Assembly (NCBI GenBank): GCA_965153355.1
Contig: OZ231126.1
Location: 38,750,001-38,814,000 of the forward strand
Source: Flaccisagitta enflata
Taxonomy: Eukaryota
Direction: 5' to 3'
DNA length: 64,000 nt
Part shown: piece after piece, positions 42,478 through 58,778 of the stretch
Position numbering within the stretch: the first letter of the stretch is position 1
How the letters are laid out: every line of letters starts with the position of its first letter
Translations under genes and position numbers: made by a program
The notes under the pieces: generated by a model
The model's database searches: none
The model's input: the letters and a program-made list of their open reading frames with translations, nothing else
Told to the model about the DNA's origin: nothing

Positions 42478-44693
42478 GAGTGTGTGTTGCAGTTTGATTT
42501 AAAATAAATATAAGCATTTTCCATGTATGAGTGTGATAAGACGCAGAGCCAGGTCGGACGAGCAGTTTTTATTCATACCTTTCTATAGGCTGTTGCAATT
42601 TTTTTTACCCCTTTGATGAAATCATGATTGTGGTCATATATCATACGTACACAATCTTATGCCTAAATGCCCACAAATGAGTACCGGGCCCGAGTAATGA
42701 TGTTTTATGGGTCTAAATTATTGATACAACAGTCATATCTGAAGAAAACTGAGTTCCCTTGCCTATTTCATCAGCGGGAGTAATGAAGCTTTTCATCAAA
42801 ACCATCACTTCTGGTATGTCAATGATGGAACTTTTAGCTAATCCTAAGATTATTTTCACTACGAAAAAAATCTGGAGGCTTCAGGCTTTAATGTAAGCTC
42901 ATAAAAAAAATTCAAAGTTAAGATGTCGAAGTGACCATTAGATATCGATTTTTTGTACTTTTTTTGTATTATTACATCATTCAGCTATCCAACATTCAAT
43001 GAGTGGAGCTCGCTTAGTGAAAATAGTGTTGTTACGTGTCAGAGGGGATTATGACTCGGTTTTTACCATGGGGAAGCTCTTCAGACATGCTAAATCGGTT
43101 TCCAATGGGAGATCATCACTAATTATTACATTTTCGAAAATATTATTTTCAGTTTTGAGAATTATAAATCTCTAAAATAAATACAAATCATGCATTTTTG
43201 AGAACATAGCGGCCTTGGTATTATAAATGGCTAGCCCGCTATGTTTTTGTTTTTTTCATTTTCTCATTTTCTATGCAAATTTAAAATTCTCAGTGAATTA
43301 ATTATGGAACCTTTTTTCATCATTTTTCTCTTATTTTATCTCAAGTAGATACAGCTTGCAAGACATAGATCAAACGCACTATGATGGGTGGGCAGGGACA
43401 TTAACAAGGCAATATGTTATCTAAATACAAATAGCTGTTGATTGGGCAGGGGCAGTAACATGCTTGGGCAGAGGCTAAAAGCACAAAGAGTTTGTCATTT
43501 TCCAAAACAAAGCCGGATACATCGCTACCCTAGAAATCTGTTAGCAAGCTGGAGCAGTGATGGCAAAGCTCACTGGGGCATAAGAGCAAGGTCCTTGGGG
43601 CAGGGGCAGTAATGTAAAATATCTCTTTAGAAAAACACTAAATTTTGTGAAAGACGGACAAACAAACCATCATCCACCATGTTAGCCTTACTGTTCAGAA
43701 ATATATGACTGAACAATGAAATAAATCGAATCATTAAATGATTTGTTTAATGAATGAAAAATGTAAGGATTGAATAAATGAATGAATAAATGAATGAATG
43801 AATGAAGGAATGAATGAATGAGAGAAGGAAGGAAAGAATGAATGAATGAATTAATGAATGAATAAATGAATGAATGAATGAATAAACGAAAGCGCAATAG
43901 CTTGAGAAGCAATAGGAACAAACGCAAACATCAAACTTGCTCAAATATGATCTAGAACCAAATGCTTGGTCTCTTTCATTCTCTCGTATTATACCAGTAA
44001 AGGCAGCTATTGCCGACCAGAAAAAAAACGTCAAGGAGTTTTGTTTTTTTTTTTTTTTGAGAAACAAGGCCAAGTAGGCCAATAAGGTGTGACGTGTGTA
44101 TCGTTGAACAAGCGCGTTACCCAACAGACCAACCAACCAACCGACCAACCAACCAACGGACACAGCCAACAATAAAGGTGCATTGTTGCACCTAAAAAGC
44201 AGTTTCACTGATTAAATTCTCAATTTTCGATTTTTGATTTTTTCCAATAATCTTGATTTCATACCTTTTTAGTTGCTGACACGCGACTCTACACCTTGCC
44301 GTGTTGGTTGGTCTTTCTGTCCGTAAAATTTCTAAATTGCGAGCGGTTTTGGCATTACTGCTCCTGCCGAACCGTCCGCGACTGGATTGCCGTGTATCCG
44401 GCCTTGTTTTTTGGTCGCGGAAGTGTAAAGGGATCTGTTCATCTGTCTCTTCTAAAGTGTGTTTGTAGAAACATCATGCCCGAGTTGAACAAGCCAGGAT
44501 ACACGGCAATCCAGTCCCGGCCCAGACGGATGGGCGGGAGCAGAAACTAAAAAATTGCTTGCAATTTAAAAATGTTATGGGGGGACCAACCGACCTACTG
44601 ACACGGCAAGGTGTCAAGTCGCGTGTCCGCTAGTAAAAAAATGAAAATGGGCGTTTTCAATGCCGCAGTAATGATTTGCGAAGGTATGTGTGT

Positions 44694-44733
<40 letters not shown>

Positions 44734-45621
44734 GGATACTGTGATTCCTTGTGACTTGACGTTTCCCTCTTTCATTCTGTGTGAAAAATAAACTGCTTGA
44801 CTGTTTCAATGAATGAATGAATGTTTAAATGAATGATTGACTAAATGAATGAATGAATTACCTGATATCCGTATGAATAGATGAAGCCTGATGCTATCAT
44901 AAAGAAACGCGCCTTAAGCTCGACCTATTATATTCTCATTGAATGAATTGATGAATGAAAAAATGAATGATGAATGTATGACTGAATGAATGGATGAATG
45001 AATTGATGAATGAATTGATGTTTGATTAACAAACAAAATATAGGTACAATACCCGATATGGTCTTCTTCAGTACGGACATTTATGCCATTGTGAAAGATA
45101 TGATGACAAAATGGATTCATGGATTTATCAATAAATGATATATATAAATGAATGAATAACTGAAACAACAGAAAAAAAATCATAAAAAACATGTGAATTA
45201 TATCATGATACTATATCATTCTTACGCTGAATCAATAATAATGAAATTGCTAGAGAAAATTAGTGAATATCTGAAAAATCCCCTAAATATACCAAAGTGA
45301 GGATTTTTTATAAATTATTATTAATATTAAATGTAAAAATTAATATTTTGCATTAATTTATCTTGGAAAGTGATCAGTATACATTACCAAATAATATTAA
45401 AAACATTAATGACCATAAATAAATGGTTCATTTTTTGACCTTTGTGAATGGAATCTGCATGGCGGATCTTGCTCTGTGTCATAACGATAAGGTCCTAGGC
45501 GAACCAATCAATATTACTTTAAGATGTTAAGTCTTTTGCACCTTACCGACAAAAAAGAAGAAAAATAAACAACCATGGGAAACAAAGAAGGTGAGTTTGC
45601 TGACTGACAGCTTTATCACCA

Positions 45622-45719
<98 letters not shown>

Positions 45720-46489
45720 AACAAAGACGTAAAAGATATATTTGCAGGTGTTAAAAACGAAGGCAAAAGTGATGAAAACTCACCATGACCACGAGAAAGT
45801 AAAAACATAACCGTAATTTCATCAAGCAGAGGCCGAGTGACAAATAATATACATTTTTATCGTCGAGGACTCCGATCCATCACTACACGCTTGGCTCCCG
45901 CAACGCGTAACACACGGACGCATGAACGAGCCACCTACGATGAGTGAAAGAACAAGGCCGGATACATGCGCACGGCTACCCTGGTCACGTGGCAAGGGCA
46001 GTGATAAAGAAGTTGACTTGGGCATTCTAAACGTGGCAGTGAGGCTAAAATGCACATTAAAACACAAATGTATGGTGGTAAATTTGTTAATCATATAGCG
46101 TGGTACTCAGAAACTTCCAGATACAGATGTAGATTCTTTGCAGCTGTTTTCTCAGGATTCTCCCTTGTCCCCATTGGTTTTTTGTTTTTACCGTTCATAA
46201 TTAGAACTGAATTGACCACCATCAGCCTAAGCCGAACTTGAAAATGAATTTAAAAAAAAAAAAAGAAAATTATAAACGGAGTTAATGAAGTTGCTGACAA
46301 AAAAAAAAAATATATATATATATATGTATGGAATCCTCCGAAAGAATCTAAGATAGATTATAGAGTGATGAAAACGGTGATGAAAACAATCAAAAACGTC
46401 GAAACTGATTTTGGTGACAAATGGATGATAGCACAGTTGACATTGATTGGTGATACGAACGTCGGACTGGTGAGGTGTCAGTGAAATCG

Positions 46490-46585
<96 letters not shown>

Positions 46586-46832
46586 TTAATGATGGTAGAC
46601 GAAAAAGATGATCCTGATGATGTTGATGGCAGCGCATGACATAAACATGGTTCAGCGGATAACATAGCAATTTATGAAGTAGTGACATAAAGAGGTTTAA
46701 TAAAGTGTCACCGTGAAAAATTTCGGAGGTCGATTCCAATGATTTTCATGAAGAAACTGCTTTTGATTGAAAAGATAAAAAAGTCGATAGATACGTCGCA
46801 ATAGCAGGATTAAGTAGTTCATATGCCATCGC

Positions 46833-46931
<99 letters not shown>

Positions 46932-48030
46932 AATAATTCGGTGGGAAAATGATAAAAATCGCGATCGTTTATCTGACGTCCTATTTTCTCATTTTTTGTT
47001 TACAAAATACGGATCATTTTTGAGTCTCTTCGATTCTTCATCTTTATCCAAGTCACCCCACTTCCAATATTTGACTAGAGATAGCGTCGTCATTTTGAGT
47101 CGCATTCACGCAACACTAAGCGCTTCCAAAACTATGTCAACGGGTCCGTCGGTCTGTTTCCCCGTTTGTGTGCAAGTTTTTTTTTCTTGCAATACTGCAG
47201 GCCATCACTGTGACGAGTCCCTATGTCTTTCCAATTTAAAAATTATCTAAATAAGATTTGAAAATAATAGATAATTGGAAAATGATTGGAAAATGATTTG
47301 GAAATAATGAATGTCACTGGTCGGCATATAAATTCTTGAATCTTTCACAAAAGCAGCCCCGTCAAAAAAAGTTTGCATAGGGAGGCAAAGGGAGAGACCA
47401 AGTGTCTAACGGTGTCCATTTTATCCAATGAGGCCTTGCATAAAGTTGGCCGGAAAGAAAAAAAAAAGATAAAAAATTGGAAGGAGGAAGGAAAAAGATC
47501 TAGATCCGGGATATGAATAACTGGCGGAAACGTTGGGATTTGTACAAAAAAAAACTTTCTTTGCATTGAGCGTTGAGCGAGAATGCGGTGTGGCGTTTTG
47601 CGTGCCATGCAGTGGCGTGGAGTGACGATGGTCTGCTTGGCAAGATGTGTTGTTTTCACATTAAACTGGACTGGCTGAAATCAAGCGCCTGAATACGTTT
47701 ACATTGATTGGGAAAAAAATCGAAAAACGTTTTTCGATTTTTTGAGTTTCGCTTAGGAATTAATTTTTTCCATTTTCGCTTCGGGCATTTTCGGCAAGTT
47801 GGGTCACGACTAGGCTTGCCCGAGGCTGGGGTTGAAATTGGTACAGGGCGAAAGAGGACATTTTTTTACACCTTCTGGAAAAAAGCAGGGCACTGTCGGA
47901 TCAATACTTTAGGCGCTATGAATTTTTTAATCTTTTTTCATTTTCTCACATTTTCCGCATATTTCTCAAAGAACGATATTTTTCATTGATCTCAATTTTG
48001 AGCCCTAAATAACTATAAAAATAAGTTCAG

Positions 48031-48622
48031 CAGAGGGCAGAGGGAAGGAGGGAGAGGGAGGGAAGGAGAGGGAGGGAGAGAGAGGGAAGGAGAGGGAGGG
48101 AAGGAGAGGGAGGGAGGGATAGGGAGGGTGGGAGTAAGGAGTGTGAGAGGGAGGGAGAGGGGAGGGGGGGGAGGGAGAGAGGGAGGGAGGAGAGGAAGAT
48201 TAGGAGGGAGAGGGAGGGGGAGGAAAAGGAAGGAAAGAGAGGGGGAGGGAGAGACAGAGAGAGGGAGGGAGGGGAGGGTGAGGGGAGAAAAGAAGGGAGA
48301 GAGGGAGAGAGAGGGAGGGAGGGGTAGGAGGGAGAGATTGAGGAGGAGAGAGGGAGAGAGAGGAGAAAGGAGGAAAGGGAGGGAGAGAGAGAGAGGGAGG
48401 GAGAGGAGAGAGGGAGGAGGAGGAGAGAGGGAGGGAGAGTGATAGGGGAGATAGATGAGAGGGGAGAGAGAGAGAGGGGAGGGTAGGGAAAGGAGGAGCG
48501 AGGGAGAGAAAGGGAAAAAGGAAAGGGAAAAGGGAGAGAGAGGGAGAGAGGGAGAGAGGGAGGGGGAGGGAAGGAGAGAGGGAGGGAGCACGGGAGGGAG
48601 ACAGAGAGAGAGAGGGTGAGAG
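48031..48622. repeat. ~590-bp polypurine/polypyrimidine low-complexity tract
   Basis: Almost only G and A on the + strand; abuts (CA)n 48624-48674 and (CT)n 48731-48796. Confidence 0.95.
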
Positions 48623-48678
<56 letters not shown>

Positions 48679-48727
48679 CAGCCCTTACAATTTTTTTCCG
48701 GTCGGCGAGAGCCGCCTTTACTGGTAA

Positions 48728-48800
<73 letters not shown>

Positions 48801-49138
48801 CGTCCTTGAGCTTGCCGCACCCACACCATGCCCATGCTCTTCATATTCACTCATAACAGAAATGGTTAACGTCAGAGATTACAATGAATTTTTTAAGTAA
48901 AAATAGAATCGTAATTGACACCATGACGGACGTCATCGTTAAAAGATTTCGGGCGATTTTTAGCGTTTGAATCAAACTTTGATCCAAAGACGAGAAAGAT
49001 TTAAAAAGATCCTGCAGTAAAGAGTAAAGATGATCCCCCAAAACGTCTTTGATTTCAGGGTTCGTTATAAACATTCGAACGCCTTTTGAAATCGCCTCAG
49101 GAGGGGGAAAAAGAGGATGGAGAGGGGAAGCTAAAACG

Positions 49139-49293
<155 letters not shown>

Positions 49294-49355
49294 AACAACA
49301 ACAACAACAATAACAATAACAACAACAACAACAACAACGAAAACACTAACTTGTT

Positions 49356-49413
<58 letters not shown>

Positions 49414-50078
49414 TCTCTGGGAAAGGGTCAGGACGCGGAGGTTAGACAGGAGTGTCAGACGCAGCGGAAGTGGGTTTGGCCAATTAGAAAAAAAAAAAAA
49501 AAAAGGCGAAGAAGAAGAAAAAGAAAAAAGCGATTTGAATAGTTGAACTGTCATATCGATATCATGTCTGTTTATCTTAAATGTACAAGCAGCTGTCAAA
49601 AACTGTTGCCGTGAATTTCCAGACTCTCCGGTCGCGTGTCGGTCAGTTCTTAACAGCTTGCGCGCGTTTTTATAACTCGTCATTTCTGTCGGTTCATTAG
49701 ACCGTCGGTGCACCCTTCCGTCATTAATTGTTTTGCGGCTACAGGCGGTTTTTTTCATCACTACTCCTGCCCAAACACTTTGGTAGCCTCTTTCATCATT
49801 GCCTTTCTTTTTCTTTTTGTCTCTCTCTTGTTTATTCTATTCGGCTTTCCTCTACATCGTTTTTTTTTCTTCAGATTTTGAATGCTTTGGATTCGAAATG
49901 AAGAAAGAACGCCAAGTAAAAAAGATTACATTCATGTCAAGAAGGGACGGAAAAGGAGCGGCGAAAAACGCCGTCAGATTTATAGTGCGAATGATCTGTG
50001 ATGAGTGAAGATGAAAAAAAGGAGATACAGAAGGATTATTATTGTCTGTTTTAGGCGATAGTTTATTTGGCAGTCCTA

Positions 50079-50816
50079 CAGTATGTTTTTTCTGAACTGA
50101 CACGAATTAAAATCTTATAACTTTGCAACGGAGCAAGATATTCAAAATCCGAAAAAAACGCTAGATAGATCTTGGTCTGCAGATTTATTATCTTAAAAGG
50201 AATAATCCATCAGTTTAAGAAAGTAGGCTCCCACTTTATGTAAATCAAAACGTTCATTTCCCAAATAGTATAAATTTTCAATAGCATCTCTTTTAAGTAC
50301 ATTATCTTAAATTCATGCTGAATCTCTATAGATCAAGCTAAACCTCCAGGAGTGGTCTTAGATAAAAGGAAACTAAGATGCTTATTCTGCCTCATCATTG
50401 TGACAGAATTACCAATCTTAAGTTCAGAGTCACAAATCAATCATTTTTTCTCTAAAATGTGCAAAAAAACACACTTTTTGGTGCAAAATGTTTATGATAA
50501 TTGAGCCACTTGTGTTTTTAACTCATATTGGAGAAATAAGTCAATTCAATTTGTTCACTACAGTGTCTTGGATCAAAATCAGGATAATAGATACAAAGTT
50601 GTGATAATTGTAAAAGAATTTTGCTTATGAATTTAGCAATTTTGACTTAGCTTGTTATTACATGATGGTAACACCATTTCATGATAAACCATATGAAAAG
50701 AACATGAAAAATCTGCAAATCAACATCTATCTAGCATTTTTTTCGGATTTTGAATATCTTGTCTCATCGCAAAGTTATAAGATTTTCATTCGTGTCAGTT
50801 CAGAAAAAACATACTG
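50079..50816. mobile_element. Tc1/mariner-type MITE with ~110-bp TIRs
   Basis: TA|CAGTATGTTTTTTCTGAACTGACACGAAT... / ...ATTCGTGTCAGTTCAGAAAAAACATACTG|TA. Confidence 0.92.
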
Positions 50817-51474
50817 TATTTTTGTTCAAAATGGAGAAGTCAACGAAGAAGGTACAAAAACGACAATATATCTTGTGTAAACTTGAATTAATGGGGGAGC
50901 TCAACACTTTTCTTCTGAGAATATGGATTATCATTTCAGATTTAAAAAATACATCACGATTCATATTTACCAAAATCTTTTCGGATCAAAACTCGGGTTG
51001 GTTGATGAGCATTATTTTTCATGAGGAGGACGTGAACAAACTAGAATTAATCATGAGGTTTCTTTTTTTTCTGATGATTTCGATCATTAATGATAGGAGT
51101 ACCAAGCAAATAGGCTCTGAAAATAACGAAAGTACAGTCATGAAACTGTCAAGCACATCAGATTCATTTTTTTCGCGTGAGGGGGAAAAAATAGACTGAA
51201 AATTCGAAAAGGGAAAAAGACTTAAAACAAGGTTATTAGACCCAAGTCGCGTGCGTCGACATTTTCACATAAGGTCAGATTTTCAAAATGACCTTTGAAT
51301 TAGCCATCAAGTTCATATCGGTACCCTAAAACCTTTAAAATGTCTTAACAACGTTTGAAACGCCTTTTTTTCCAGTTTTATAACAGACCGACCGACCAAC
51401 CGACCGACGGACCAAAAAGTGGCTTATAGATTCGTGTAGCAGGCGACTAAAAAAAGTCAACGTAGGTCGATGTC

Positions 51475-51545
<71 letters not shown>

Positions 51546-52926
51546 TAATTTTTTCTCTCTTTCTGACTTTTAGGCGCAAGTAGCATCTATTACCTTATAT
51601 CTTAATGACTTGCTCGCTGTTAAAAAGTCCCCTTTCATTACACCCCCCCCCCCCCAATAAAAAGGAGAAGAAAGAAACGCGCGGTCCAATCAATTTTACC
51701 ACAATGGTGAGCTTGTAAACGATGGAATACGGAAAATAACCCCCCCCCCCAAGAAAAAAATAAACAAAAGAAACAAAAACAAACAAAAACGAAAACAAAA
51801 AAACACAAGGACAAAATGTCCAGTAGAACAGCGCATTTGGTAAATACGCGACAGACTGACTGACCAACTACATTGGCTATACGAGTATAACTGTTAAGGT
51901 GCAGCGTACAGACCGACTCAAGCGACTGACACAGTCGCGTGGATACTGGATAGTGACTAGTAAAAAGCCGATTGAATGATGGTTCATTATTTATCTTTAA
52001 TCGTTTGAAAATGGCACGAGATTGAAAATTGATCGTGGGACTCTACAAAAATCGAAGTGGCGATTTGTACCTCTTGACTTGCCTTTTGATACAAATACGA
52101 AGCAAAACACTCAGAATTACGTCCTTGATTTCACTTATCTCCGATAAATCATTGCTCGTGAAAAAATTGAGCGACTTCTTCAAAAACAGAAAATATAAGA
52201 GGGCCTGCATTTGAAAATGCAAAGATTTTATTCTAAGTTATGCAGGCATCATCAATCTTGCGCTTTTTCCAGGCAAATCTGAGATTTTATGCAGCCACCT
52301 TTTTTACGTGCGTCAAAGCAGCTACTGAGAAGGCGATGTCTGCGTGTTGGTTGTTCAGTCTGTCGGTTTGTCGTTCTGCTACTTCCGGCGTAAATACGAC
52401 GCACACTCACACATCTAGTGGCGGTTATTTCAACAATTCTCCGGCCCAAATGCCTAGATGGCCTCCATTATTATTGCCCCTGCCCACTTGCACGCGGAAG
52501 ATCGAACAAACGGACAAACCTTTCGATAGCAACGCCCGGCCCGGGAAAAGCTCTGAAACTGAAGAAAGAAACATCTTGATTGTTATGAAACTTGGGAGGA
52601 TGATAACAAGAACTCCGTTCTTCAATTTCTTACGAATATTACAAACACACGGCGAAAATCGGCGATGATCATTTTGAAAAAAAAAATGACAGAGAGACAG
52701 ACAAATAATCCAACTTGAACCGAGAAAAAAAATGAAGGATAGAAGAACAATCAAACTTAGACAGGACTAGTCTCAACCAGTCTCGCGCGGAGAGGGGCTG
52801 TGAAAATGTGACTAATATAACTGACCAACCGACCTGATAGAATAGCGTACGCGTCTGTGAACGAGAGAGATTCGTGAATGATTAAGGACAGTCACGCCGT
52901 GCGAAGCAAAACAACTGCTGTCGAAT

Positions 52927-53013
<87 letters not shown>

Positions 53014-53090
53014 AGGAAAGAAAGACAGAAAGAAAGAAAGAAAGAAGGAAAGAAAGACAGAAAGAAAGGAAGGAAGAACTGCTGTCGAAT

Positions 53091-53157
<67 letters not shown>

Positions 53158-54446
53158 AGGAAAGAAAGACAGAAAGAAAGGAAGGAAGAAAACAAGGCCG
53201 GATACACGGCCACCAGTTGCGGACGGGTGAGCAGGGGCGGAAATGCGCGTTTTCCCACTTTTCAACTCGAGCGTGACGGACCAACCGACCGACCAACCGA
53301 CCGACCGACCGACCGACGGACAAAGCCTCTTATAGAGTTGCGTGTCCGCAACTAAAAAGCAAGAGAGCGATATACACGTTGTTTGAAGCCAAACAACTAC
53401 GGTCGGGTCGGGTAGGCCAGGCGAAAAATCATATTATTTTGGTTATTTTATTTTGAGAGGCACACTTCGCCTTTTCGCCGTTAGGCCGTTAGGCCGTTTC
53501 GCCGTTTCGCCGTTACGCCTTTACGCGGTTACGTCTTTTCGCTGTTTCGCCGTTTCGCCGCCCGTCGATTCGCCGCCCGTCGATTCGCCGCGTATAAACT
53601 TTTGACTCACGACTCATTTCTAAGAAGTCGTGTTTCGCTGTGACTGTGTGTGTGTTGTATGTGCATGTGTAATGTGTTTGAACCCATGATAGCCCCTGCG
53701 TTGGAAATTCTTTCTATTAATTTTGGATCATCATTTGGGGCTGTGCACCAAATGGTGGTCTGTTTGCGAACTCTGCATTGTGTTTCCTAACCAAACGTCA
53801 TATATAATTTTCAGTTCCAATGAAAAATTCATAATTATGTAAATTAAAATCAGTGTGACAATGAGAGGTCGTTTGTGCTTGGGAGATGCCAAATGTACCT
53901 TGCCCGAACAAACGGGCAGACGAATGAACGGTCCGAAAGATCGAAAAAGAGAACTGCGCGCTGCGTACACGCGACCAAAAAATGCCTACGATTGCATAAT
54001 TCTTTCCCGCGATTCGGTTTGACAATAAAATACATTCGAGTCCCAAGCGACACGATACAAATAAACAACAATGGACGTTTGTCATCGATATCAACAAAGC
54101 TGTTTGACAAATGGCAACTGACGGATTCCTGCCAAAATCAACAATCGAACATTCAAGAACATTCCGGATTTTTGAGAGGACTCTTGAAGAAGGATGCAGT
54201 TTGTCAAACGGGATGATACCAACGCGTCTATACGCGTCTATACGCGACTATACGTCCAAGTACTGAGTTAGAAACGACGTTGATGGCGATTACTGACTTA
54301 CACAGTCGGACGCCAGACGGGCACATACAGTAGATGTCGTCTAGACTTGGAAATACGGGGGAATTCATTACAGGAAGACAAATTTACTTAAGAGACTGAT
54401 ATTTGGAATATAGACTAATAAAAGGATGCTTTCTTGCCTATGGGTT

Positions 54447-55075
54447 AGCTTGTACCTAAATTACAAAAAGCAATAAAATTAACATTCTACAAGCAGATCA
54501 TGTTGTGGAACTGTCTCAGGCTTCTATTGAACTTCTATTACTTTTAGGTGGCCGCGCCTTACCTTCTATTAACCCTACCCCTATAGGAAATCCAAAATTT
54601 CAAAGTTCTCCAATTTCAATTCTGACTGCAGATTTGGAATCTGCAGAAAAAACTGTCAATTGAGGGGTTTTCCTTTTTTTGATATTCCAATTAGAAGGTG
54701 GTCAAAAGGGCTGTCAAATATCGCGAAACATACCTTTCCTTTTAATTTCTTTGTAAAATCATTGAACTTACCTTTTTTAAAAATCTTTAGCGTGGATTTT
54801 GATAATGATCCCAAAGGAATTTTGAAAAAAGAAAAGCACTTTTAACAGACAGTTTTTCATGCAGATTTCAAATCTGCAGTCAAAATTTTGATTTGAGCAA
54901 TTTGAAATTTTTAGTTTCCTATTGACCGATGGGAAGTTCAAGGTAAGGCGCGGCAAGCAAGATGTAAACTTTTGAAGCTGAAAATGATGAAAATAGAAGC
55001 CCAAGACAGCTCCACAACATTAACTGCTGGTAGAATTTCGATTTTTTTGGTTTTAGTCATTTCAGTACAGGCTAC
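54447..55075. mobile_element. Diverged foldback element
   Basis: Inverted arms: TGTTGTGGAACTGTCT / AGACAGCTCCACAACA; CCGCGCCTTACCTT / AAGGTAAGGCGCGG; TGACTGCAGATTTG / CAAATCTGCAGTCA. Confidence 0.8.
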
Positions 55076-55102
55076 TATGGGTGTTGGTTGCTATGGAAAC
55101 AC

Positions 55103-55400
55103 ATTTTCATGTATTCACACTAAAGTATTTTGAGAAATTTTTTTAAGGAACATTGTTTAAAATGAATATTGCCACAATTTTCCCACAGTATATTCTGTAA
55201 GAATATTGCTCGTTTAGCCGTTGCTAGGGGGTGTAACTATGTGTGACAGCCCTGTGACGCTCCCTAGCAACCGCCAAACCAGCGATATTCTTACAGAACA
55301 TACTGTGGGAAAGTTGTAGCAAATTTTATTTCAAACAATGTTCCCTCAAAAATTTTTTTCAAAAAATTGATACTTAAGCATAAATACATGGAAATCTACT
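55103..55400. mobile_element. ~300-bp hairpin MITE; related fragment ~27230-27450
   Basis: TTCCCACAGTATATTCTGTAAGAATATTGCT..TT..CGTTGCTAGGG mirrored by CCCTAGCAACCG..AAACCAGCGATATTCTTACAGAACATACTGTGGGAA. Confidence 0.8.
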
Positions 55401-55417
55401 GTACCATTAAGGCTACA

Positions 55418-55981
55418 ATAGTCGCAAAAGCGTTAGGTGGTCAGCGGTACCCGTGCCCTGCCTAAGTCAGTTGTGGTTAAAATTGAGCAAGGAGTAGGGC
55501 GATGGCTCCAAAGGGGTCGATGACCTATGCTTTCACACACATGGGGACTTTTCTACTCCTCCTCCTCTTCTTCCTCCTCGACTGTCCCTCCCCCCCAAAT
55601 CCCAGTCTTGAGGCCCAAATTTCGGTCTTGGAGGCCCAAATCCCAGGCATGAGGCCCAAATCCCAGCCTCAAGGCCCAAATCCTAGCCTCAAGGCCCAAA
55701 TCCTAGCCTGGAGGCTGAGATTTGGGCCTCAAAGCTGGGATCTGGGCCTCTTAACTGAAATCTGGGCCTCTTAACTGAAATCTGGGCCTCCAGGCTAGGA
55801 TTTGGGCCTTGAGGTTAGGATTTGGGCCTTGAGGCTGGGATTTGGGCCTCAAGACCGGAATTTGGGCCTCCAGGCTGGGATTTGAGGGGGGGGACGGAGA
55901 AGAAGAAGAAGGAGGAGGAGAAAATCCCCCATATGTGTGAAAGCATAGGTCATCGACCCCTTCGGGGCCGCTGCCCAAAAA
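55418..55981 (-). mobile_element. Family A element with head-to-head 20-bp arrays
   Basis: IR GGGGTCGATGACCTATGCTTTCACACA / TGTGTGAAAGCATAGGTCATCGACCCC; ends GGGGCCGCTGCCCAAAAA; same subfamily at 61930-62610 (+). Confidence 0.75.
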
Positions 55982-56696
55982 GCGATTGACCGCTTCTAAT
56001 TTGGAAGATGGGAAAGCTCCCTGTACTAGAACTGTAAAATGGAAGCAGAAGCGGAAGTGGAACCAATGGAACCGGTGGAAGCAGATAGACCGCTTTCAAA
56101 TCCCAAACTAGACTGATTGAGAGGACGTAGTAAAGCGAGCAAATGGAACTGGTCGAGAGAAGAAAATCCATGTATCAGAGAGATTTCGAGCTCAGATACA
56201 AGACGCGTGAATAAATTCCTAGATCGAGAGTTCCAGACAAAGGTCAAGGTGGTTAGCGAAGCGTGGAGAAGATAGATCGCGACTCACTTTGTGTTTGTGG
56301 GAACCACATTGATTCGATGGCAATAGTTTGTAGCTGTATACTGTGTGGCTAAGGATATGATTAGACGCAAAATAACGGAAAACGCACAAGCCAGCTATGG
56401 GGAGATCTTGTAGATTTTTTCACCATTCCCTCTGCCAAGAACCACGCGCTTGCTATTCATTATCAAAGGTCGAATTTGAGCGATGGGACAGCCGTGGTCA
56501 ATGGCCTGAAATTAAAGTAACCCACGAATTCAATGTAGGAAATCTGGATAAAGGATGAATTCAGGCGCGGAGGTAATGAAAAGAAGGAGATGAGGAAGAG
56601 GAAGAAATTTCGATGTTGACCGGAGAAAGACGCAAATCGCGAAAATGCGGCAGCGTCACAGATTCTGGAGATTAACGGAGAATTGGTAGAGCGAGG

Positions 56697-57940
<1,244 letters not shown>

Positions 57941-58778
57941 GAGAGAGAGAGAAAAAGAAAGAAAGAAAGAAAAAGAGGATGAGATGAATTGAGTCTACGT
58001 CCGCGTCCATGGGAAGTGAAAACCGGGAGACCAGGCAAGCTAGTATCCTGAAACGATGGCGGCGGCGGAGCCTGGAAATGGGAGGAGGAGGAGAACGAGG
58101 AGGAGAACGAGGATGTCGGACAAGAAGAGAAAAAAGAAGAGGAAAGAAGAAATGTAAAGAAAAAAAACCGTAAACATAAAACAAGAAGAAAATAGAGGAA
58201 GAAGAAAAAAGAGGGAGAAGAAGAAGAGAAAAGGAAAAAAAAAACAACTAGTTTATGAAAACAACGTCGCGTGCGTCGGAAGTTTGTTGGAAAAAGATTT
58301 TTAATGTTTAAAAAGGGCAAAATTGTAAAAGAATCAAACAAAAATTGTCAAAAAAAAAAAAAAAAAAGATTTAAAATGGAGAGTTTTCTAAATTAACATT
58401 ACTGGCCAATTAATGGTCATAATGCAGGCAAAAATGACGAATATTCAACTTCCTGACGGACGAACTAATGAACGGATCAACAGACTGACAAAGAGCTGGG
58501 AGAAGGAGAATTATGGTAAAGTAACGCTTAAACCACGATTGGTGATCTTCAAGGCTGCTGCTCAAAAAAGAAGAAGCTTGATGAGTAAATAGAGAGGTAA
58601 AAGAGAAGATTGATCTTAGAGGGAGGACGTGGGGGGGGGGGGGGACGAGTCGGGGTATTATCCGCGCGAGTAGGGAACATCATAAGTCCGGTGCACGTGG
58701 GGAGGGGCGATGATTAGAAACGCCGTAAAGGTTTGTTGGCAAAGAAAGTGATCTCAGAATTATCCGAAAATGCGTAAA

